DNA of 64,000 nt, from contig JACRPK010000001.1 in NCBI GenBank assembly GCA_016214005.1, positions 23,823 to 87,822 on the forward strand, read 5' to 3'. Shown piece by piece: positions 58,858-64,000 of this stretch (position 1 is the first letter of the stretch; the number at the start of each line of letters is the position of its first letter). This DNA is from Candidatus Wolfebacteria bacterium. GTDB lineage: Bacteria > Patescibacteriota > Minisyncoccia > UBA6257 > UBA9933. A program made the position numbers and the translations under genes. The notes under the pieces are model-generated. The model saw nothing but the letters and a program-made list of their open reading frames with translations, ran no database searches and had not been told where the DNA came from.

Positions 58858-60309
58858 ATGATAGAAGATTTAATAAGCGAACGTAAAAAAAAACTTAATA
58901 ATTTTATAAAAACGGGGATTGAAGCATATCCAGAAAAATCAAAACGGACTTATAAAATTTCCGACATACTTTTTGGTTTTTCATCTTTGCAAAAATCAAA
59001 AAAGAAAATTTTTGTTTGCGCCAGGATTTTTGGAATGCGAGTGATGGGCAGCATCGCTTTTTATGATTTGAGAGATGATAGCGGAAAAATTCAGGGAGTT
59101 TTAAAAAAGGATAATCTGCCGAAAGATTTCGCGCTTTTTAAAGATAATTTGGACATCGGCGATTTTATTGAAGTCGGCGGCATTTTATTTAAAACAAAAA
59201 CCGGCGAAAAAAGCGTTGAAATTAAAAATCTGAAACTTTTGGTGAAAAGTTTAAGGCCGCTTCCCAGCCAGTGGCATGGATTGGAGAATATTGAATCGCG
59301 CTTGAGAAAAAGATATTTGGATATTTTGATGAATCCGGAGGTAAAAGAAATTTTCATCAAAAAAAGCGTTTTTTGGGGAACGATTCGCGATTATCTTAAA
59401 AAATCCGGATTTTTAGAAGTGGAAACTCCGGTTTTAGAAGCGACTCCGGGAGGCGCTGACGCTGAGCCGTTTATAACTCATCACAATGCTTTGAACCACG
59501 ATTTTTATTTAAGAATTTCTTTGGAAATCGCTTTGAAAAAAATGTTGGTGGCGGGATATGAAAAAGTTTTTGAAATTGGCAGGATTTTCAGAAATGAAGG
59601 AATCAGCGCCGAACATTTGCAGGATTATACCCAGTTGGAATTTTATTGGGCTTATTCGGATATGGACGAGCTTATGAAATTTACTGAAAAAATGTACAAA
59701 GAGACAATTAAAAAAACTATCGGCAAATTAGAATCTGTTTGTGGGGATAAAAAAATAAATTGGGCTGCCAAATGGCAAAAAGTGGAATATTTGAAAATTT
59801 TTAAAGAAAAAATTGGATTGGATTTGGCAATTGTCTCGCGCGATGAATTGTTTGCCAAGGCGCAATCTGGCGGACTTAAGCCGGAAAAAAATCTCGGCCG
59901 AGGAAGATTGATAGATTTATTATTTAAAAAATTTTGCCGACCGACATTGGTTAAGCCGTGTTTTTTAATAAATCCGCCGGCTGATATTGAGCCGCTTGCC
60001 AAAAGAAAGTCGGAAAATAAAAATTTAGTTTGTCGATTTCAGATTGTCGCTTGCGGCACAGAACTTGGCAAAGGATTTTCCGAAGCCAATGATCCGATTG
60101 ATCAACGTAAACGCTTTGAAGAACAATTATCCTTGCGAAGCGCTGGCGATAAAGAAGCGCAGCGTTTGGATGAAGAATTTTTAGAAGCCATAGAATATGG
60201 CATGCCGCCGGCAGCCGGGTTTGGACTTTCTGAACGGCTTTTCGCAATTTTAATGAATAAGCCGATCCGCGAAACAACAATTTTCCCATTGATGAGAAGC
60301 GAAAAATAA
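58858..60309 (+). CDS. lysS: Lysine--tRNA ligase (class II)
   Basis: GGADAEPFITHHN, YLRIS, FRNEG, EYGMPPAAGFG. Confidence 0.96.
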   Translation: MIEDLISERKKKLNNFIKTGIEAYPEKSKRTYKISDILFGFSSLQKSKKKIFVCARIFGMRVMGSIAFYDLRDDSGKIQGVLKKDNLPKDFALFKDNLDIGDFIEVGGILFKTKTGEKSVEIKNLKLLVKSLRPLPSQWHGLENIESRLRKRYLDILMNPEVKEIFIKKSVFWGTIRDYLKKSGFLEVETPVLEATPGGADAEPFITHHNALNHDFYLRISLEIALKKMLVAGYEKVFEIGRIFRNEGISAEHLQDYTQLEFYWAYSDMDELMKFTEKMYKETIKKTIGKLESVCGDKKINWAAKWQKVEYLKIFKEKIGLDLAIVSRDELFAKAQSGGLKPEKNLGRGRLIDLLFKKFCRPTLVKPCFLINPPADIEPLAKRKSENKNLVCRFQIVACGTELGKGFSEANDPIDQRKRFEEQLSLRSAGDKEAQRLDEEFLEAIEYGMPPAAGFGLSERLFAILMNKPIRETTIFPLMRSEK

Positions 60310-60325
60310 ACGATAATTATTGATT

Positions 60326-61888
60326 ATGATTCCTAAAAATAAAATTATTAAGGTTGTGGATGTTGTTTCTCGTCCAGATGTTTTGAAGCAAAAAGAAGAA
60401 GATGAAAAATCAGAAGAAATTAGAGAAATAAAAGATATTAAAAAACCTTTCAAAATATCTTTGAATTTGTTTGGTAAAAAGAAACAAGAAAAAAAAGAAA
60501 TTATTATTGAAGAATCTAAAAAATCAAAACAAGAAATCATATCTGATTTTTTCAAGCCAAGAAAGTCGAAAGGGGATGAATTTATTGAAAAAAAATTAGA
60601 GGAAGAGCCGAAAATAGAATTTAAAAAAGAAAAAGTTAAAATAATTCATCCAGTTGAGGAAATTGAAGAGGAAACTGAATTGGGGGCTTCAAAAGAAGAC
60701 GGCGATTTTCTTAAAGAAGAAATCGGCGTTGAATCTGAGTCTATATGGCTAAGATTTAAAAAATATTTTGCGATATTTTTATTTTTAGCGCTTGCTGGCG
60801 CAGGAGTTTACGCGGCAGCGATTATTTTACCAATGGCCGATATAAAAATTATTACTAAAAAATCCGCATGGAATTTTGATGGCGCGATAGTTGCTTTTAA
60901 AAATGCTGCTGATATTAATTGGCAGGAAAAACAAATCCCCGGATCGTTTTTTTCTGAAACAAAAAATACAAGTTTGGCATTTGAGGCAACCGGTAAAAAA
61001 AATGTTGAAAGAAAAGCGGGCGGTGAAATTATCGTTTATAATGCTTTTAGTTCGGAATCCCAATCTTTGGTAAAAGGAACCAGATTTGAAGCGCCGGACG
61101 GAAAAATTTACAGACTTGACAGCGGATTGATAATCCCCGGAGCGAAAATCAGCGATGGGAAAATTATTCCTTCAAGCGTTAAAGCAAAAGTTTCGGCTGA
61201 TAAGGCTGGGCAAGATTATAATATTGCTCCGGTTGAAAAATTCACCATTCCCGGATTTAAAAATTCACCAAAATATAACGGTTTTTACGCCAAATCAGAA
61301 TCTCCAATGGTGGGCGGATTTGTCGGTGAACTGCCTTATCCGACCGATGCGGATATAAAATCAGCCAGGGAAAAAACGGAAATTACCCTGAAAGAAACTC
61401 TAAACGCTTTAATGGCGTCGCAGATTCCTAATGATTTTAAAGTTATTGACAGCGCCAAACAATTTTTAATAACCAAAGAAAATATAAATAAAGATGTTGA
61501 TGAAAACGGAAAATTTTCAGTCTTTCTTGAGGGGGAAATGGCAATAGCCGCTTTTAGGGAAGAAGATGTTTTGAAATTAATGGCTGTTTTGGCGAAACAA
61601 TCGCTTGGTGAAAATTTTGAAGCTAAAAGTTTTGATTTCAATTATGGCATTGGGCAAGTTGATTTAGGAGTTGGAAAATTTTCGTTTGGCGTAAATTATA
61701 ATGGAACTTTTTGGCAACCGATAAATATTGATAATTTTAAAAATACTATTTTAGGGAAAAAAGAAATTGAATTAAAAACATCGGTATTTTTAATTCCCGG
61801 AGTTGAAAAAGCGACTGTTTCATTCTGGCCGTTTTGGGTAAAATCTGTTCCTAATAGCGTTAAAAGAATTAATGTTGCTGTTGAATAA
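60326..61888 (+). CDS. Membrane-anchored protein with charged N-terminus and a possible baseplate-J-like domain
   Basis: K/E-rich N-terminus, one TM, KAGGEIIVYN..LVKGTRF..ADKAGQDYNI..GG, C-terminal PFWVKSVP. Confidence 0.6.
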   Translation: MIPKNKIIKVVDVVSRPDVLKQKEEDEKSEEIREIKDIKKPFKISLNLFGKKKQEKKEIIIEESKKSKQEIISDFFKPRKSKGDEFIEKKLEEEPKIEFKKEKVKIIHPVEEIEEETELGASKEDGDFLKEEIGVESESIWLRFKKYFAIFLFLALAGAGVYAAAIILPMADIKIITKKSAWNFDGAIVAFKNAADINWQEKQIPGSFFSETKNTSLAFEATGKKNVERKAGGEIIVYNAFSSESQSLVKGTRFEAPDGKIYRLDSGLIIPGAKISDGKIIPSSVKAKVSADKAGQDYNIAPVEKFTIPGFKNSPKYNGFYAKSESPMVGGFVGELPYPTDADIKSAREKTEITLKETLNALMASQIPNDFKVIDSAKQFLITKENINKDVDENGKFSVFLEGEMAIAAFREEDVLKLMAVLAKQSLGENFEAKSFDFNYGIGQVDLGVGKFSFGVNYNGTFWQPINIDNFKNTILGKKEIELKTSVFLIPGVEKATVSFWPFWVKSVPNSVKRINVAVE

Positions 61889-61936
61889 ATCGGTGGAATA
61901 TTTTATTATTCTTAATGTTTCGATTGATGTTTTAAC

Positions 61937-62008
61937 GGTGGCCATAGCTTAGTGGTAAAGCTCCGCTCTGTGGAAGCGGCTATACGGGTTCGATTCCCGT
62001 TGGTCACC
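61937..62008 (+). tRNA. tRNA-His(GTG)
   Basis: G-1 plus GTGGCCA/TGGTCAC acceptor with C73, CCGCT-CTGTGGA-AGCGG anticodon arm, GGTTCGATTCC. Confidence 0.95.
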
Positions 62009-62034
62009 CCCTGAATTGGACATCTCATCTGTTA

Positions 62035-62063
62035 TTGACAAATATAGCGTTTAGGTGTATACT
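62035..62063 (+). promoter_or_regulatory. Near-consensus sigma70 promoter upstream of the DGR target gene
   Basis: TTGACA (62035)-17 nt-TATACT (62058). Confidence 0.7.
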
Positions 62064-62212
62064 AAATATAGTTCTTTGATAAAACTTGCGATTGGTCATA
62101 GCGAAAAGTGGCTTAAAACTAGGCTATTCCTCGCTATGACCATACAGGCCATGGTTCCTCCTCGGATTAGAGGAAAACGAAAACGGGCAAATTAACCCAA
62201 GGAGATACAATC

Positions 62213-62854
62213 ATGAGTGCAGGAACAGAATTCGCATCCGCCGGACTTACCGCCGGCCAACTCAACGCCATCGTCAAGAAGCTCGGTGGCCACGACATGG
62301 CGCTCCGTTTTCTCCGCGACGAACTCTCGGTTTCCGAACCGATCCGTTCGTGGCGCGAGAAAGACGGCGTCATCTACTTCAGCGTCACCTCCGACGGCAC
62401 GACTGGCGAAGACTGGATCAAGCGTCTGGAAGGCAACGGTTTCCGCGTCAGAGACTACGCCAAGCAGGTGCTCCGTTCCCCGGACTTCAAGCCGACCAAC
62501 GGCGAGACGACCGAAGTTGCCGTTCTCAAGGGCATGCTCTTCGAGGACAACGACCGGATCACGAAGAAGATTCGGGCCGAGGCCGACAAGCGCAAGCTCT
62601 CGAAGCCGAACGCCGAACTGGCCTGCCTCATCCGTCTGAAGTTCACGGACAAGGAGATCGAAGCCATGGGTCTGTGGTGGATCGTCGCAATGCACGAACC
62701 CATCAACGATTCCGACGGCGATCCGCGCTTGCTGGGCGCGAGCCGTTACGGCGATGGTCGCTGGCTCGGCGCGTGCAGCGGCAGGCCTGGCCTCGGGTGG
62801 CGTCGTGGCGTCGGGTTCGCGTTCGCCGTGTCGCAAGTCAGTTCTCAACACTAA
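62213..62854 (+). CDS. DGR target protein with C-terminal variable region
   Basis: AAGGAG SD; GC-rich codon usage; codons 167-208 form the VR ending GFAFAVSQ. Confidence 0.9.
   Translation: MSAGTEFASAGLTAGQLNAIVKKLGGHDMALRFLRDELSVSEPIRSWREKDGVIYFSVTSDGTTGEDWIKRLEGNGFRVRDYAKQVLRSPDFKPTNGETTEVAVLKGMLFEDNDRITKKIRAEADKRKLSKPNAELACLIRLKFTDKEIEAMGLWWIVAMHEPINDSDGDPRLLGASRYGDGRWLGACSGRPGLGWRRGVGFAFAVSQVSSQH
62711..62836 (+). repeat. DGR variable repeat (VR)
   Basis: 126-bp ungapped match to 63184-63309 with 21 differences, all at TR adenines. Confidence 0.95.
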
Positions 62855-62861
62855 GATCCTC

Positions 62862-62875
62862 GGGACTTCAGTCCC
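62862..62875 (+). other. Small hairpin 3' of VR (candidate DGR target-recognition hairpin)
   Basis: GGGAC-TTCA-GTCCC, 7 nt after the stop codon. Confidence 0.5.
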
Positions 62876-62889
62876 TTTGAACTTAGCCC

Positions 62890-62931
62890 TTAGCCCTGTT
62901 CCGATCCGTCGGAGCAGGGCTAATTTTTTTT
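62890..62931 (+). terminator. Long hairpin with T tract downstream of the target gene
   Basis: TTAGCCCTG-T-TCCGA-TCCG-TCGGA-G-CAGGGCTAA followed by T8. Confidence 0.8.
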
Positions 62932-63183
62932 CATAAAATATAAAATCGGCTATAATATTTACGGCAGTAGGTGAATATGTGGGCGGTCAAGGCTTCCCGC
63001 TACCGAACCCAGTATCCATGCATCGGGAGTATCCGCGGCCACGGTTTCGGATAGAGTGGTGCATGCAGAAACTTCAATAAAAAAGAAGATACTTGGCGCG
63101 AGACATTATGGCATTGCGATGCCGGATTCGATTCAGCCCTGAGAGTATTCGAGGGGTGGTGATATGGAAGATGTTTCGCGCAA

Positions 63184-63309
63184 TCCGACGGCGATCCGAA
63201 CTTGCTGAACGCGAACCGTAACGACGATGGTCGCTGGCTCAACGCGTACAACGACAGGCCTGACAACAGGTGGAATCGTGACAACGGGTTCGCGTTCGCC
63301 GTGTCGCAA
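63184..63309 (+). repeat. DGR template repeat (TR)
   Basis: AAC/GAC-rich copy of VR (8 AAC triplets in the target frame). Confidence 0.95.
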
Positions 63310-63315
63310 ATCTCT

Positions 63316-63729
63316 TCATTTCTCTCCGGCTTTCGCTGGAGAGTTTTGTTTTGCGAGTTGTCCGTTCCAACCGCCGAGCATCTTGCCGGCTTCATCCAAC
63401 TTTACTGAAAGAGCAATGTATTTTTTATCGTCGAGTGATTTCGTTTCCCAGAGCACCAAAAGAAGTACGCGGAGAGTATCCGCTTTCTTAATCGCGAGGC
63501 GAACATACGGATGCTTCTCGGTAGGTGAGAGAAAACTGGCGGCCGATATCGCTTCTATCACTTCAACAAATAAAGTGTCGATGCGCTGACCGAGAGAATG
63601 ACGATGCACCTTGGGCAAGTCCTGATAAAATTTGTACCACAAAAGGTACGACTCCTTGACTTTATTTAAAACCGGTAAAATTCTTAATGGTTGGTTGCCA
63701 CCGTTATGTCCAAAATTAGATTTCAACAT
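63316..63729 (-). CDS. avd: Avd-like (four-helix bundle) DGR accessory protein; start codon uncertain
   Basis: LPKVHRHSLGQRID...LRVLL...LDEAGKMLGGW pattern of Avd/23S-IVS helical proteins; lies between TR and RT. Confidence 0.8.
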   Translation of the reverse strand: MLKSNFGHNGGNQPLRILPVLNKVKESYLLWYKFYQDLPKVHRHSLGQRIDTLFVEVIEAISAASFLSPTEKHPYVRLAIKKADTLRVLLLVLWETKSLDDKKYIALSVKLDEAGKMLGGWNGQLAKQNSPAKAGEK

Positions 63730-64000
63730 ACATATAATAATATCATTTCTCTCGAAAATCTCCTCGAGGCGTGGAAAGAATTTGTCCGCGGCAAGCGATC
63801 GCGTAAAGACGTGCAGGAATTCGAGCGAGATTTGATGACGAATCTTATCGCGCTTCACCGCGAGCTTGCCGCCAAAAAATATTCGCACTCGGCATATCAG
63901 CATTTCAAAATCGCCGATCCGAAACCGCGCGATATTCATAAAGCCAGCGTTCGGGACCGGCTTTTGCATCACGCATTGCACAGACAACTGTCGCCGTTTT
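63706..64000 (+). CDS. DGR reverse transcriptase, N-terminal 98 codons (absent from the ORF track because it has no stop in the window)
   Basis: MSKIRFQHTYNNIISLENLLEAWKEFVRGKRSRKDVQEFE...FKIADPKPRDIHKASVRDRLLHHAL matches the RT domain 0-2 pattern. Confidence 0.88.
   Translation, partial: MSKIRFQHTYNNIISLENLLEAWKEFVRGKRSRKDVQEFERDLMTNLIALHRELAAKKYSHSAYQHFKIADPKPRDIHKASVRDRLLHHALHRQLSPF

Larger units (their letters stand above)
62213..64000 (+). mobile_element. Diversity-generating retroelement (target/VR - TR - antisense avd - RT), truncated by the window edge
   Basis: TR/VR pair with adenine-only mismatches, Avd-like ORF and RT N-terminus within 1.8 kb. Confidence 0.95.

Noticed and set aside
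60326-61888. Baseplate-J-like protein as evidence of a prophage
   Set aside because: It is membrane-anchored, follows lysS in host-like composition, and no other phage genes are present.
62192-62880. Long alternative-frame and antisense ORFs over the DGR target
   Set aside because: Expected from high GC content and few stop codons; only 62213-62854 has an SD and the VR in frame.
63202-63589. Plus-strand ORFs 63202-63408 and 63227-63589
   Set aside because: They read through TR and the antisense of avd; the Asn/Asp-rich peptide is just TR in the target frame.
63316-63987. 223-aa minus-strand ORF taken at full length
   Set aside because: The first ~86 codons are the reverse strand of the RT gene; only 63316-63729 looks Avd-like.
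63706-64000. RT as a group II intron or retron enzyme
   Set aside because: The adjacent adenine-specific TR/VR pair and Avd-like gene point to a DGR; the RT core lies outside the window.

Overview
AT-rich bacterial chromosome segment with the gene content expected of a Patescibacteria/CPR (Parcubacteria-like) genome; this assignment is inferred from gene content, including the missing rpmD. The core part carries rodA-mltG-rpoB-rpoC, ppsA, metG, a type IV pilus cluster, lysA, the rplC..secY-adk-map ribosomal operon (no rpsJ in front, no rpmD), greA and lysS, plus four intact tRNAs (Asn, Pro, Arg, His). Three things stand out. (1) A diversity-generating retroelement lies right after tRNA-His at the right edge: target gene with VR, TR differing only at adenines (21/21 mismatches), an Avd-like gene on the opposite strand and the start of an RT. 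(2) An island after tRNA-Asn holds cargo genes (TA pair, HEPN-like, PD-(D/E)XK-like, M23) punctuated by two copies of an hsdM 3' end and four copies of the hsdS 5' end, which looks like a cassette array built on a type I R-M junction. (3) An intact tRNA-Pro flanked by 14-bp inverted repeats is nested inside a broken tRNA-Pro, which also carries a 20-bp palindrome seen again elsewhere. All calls come from reading the sequence and motifs; no searches were run.
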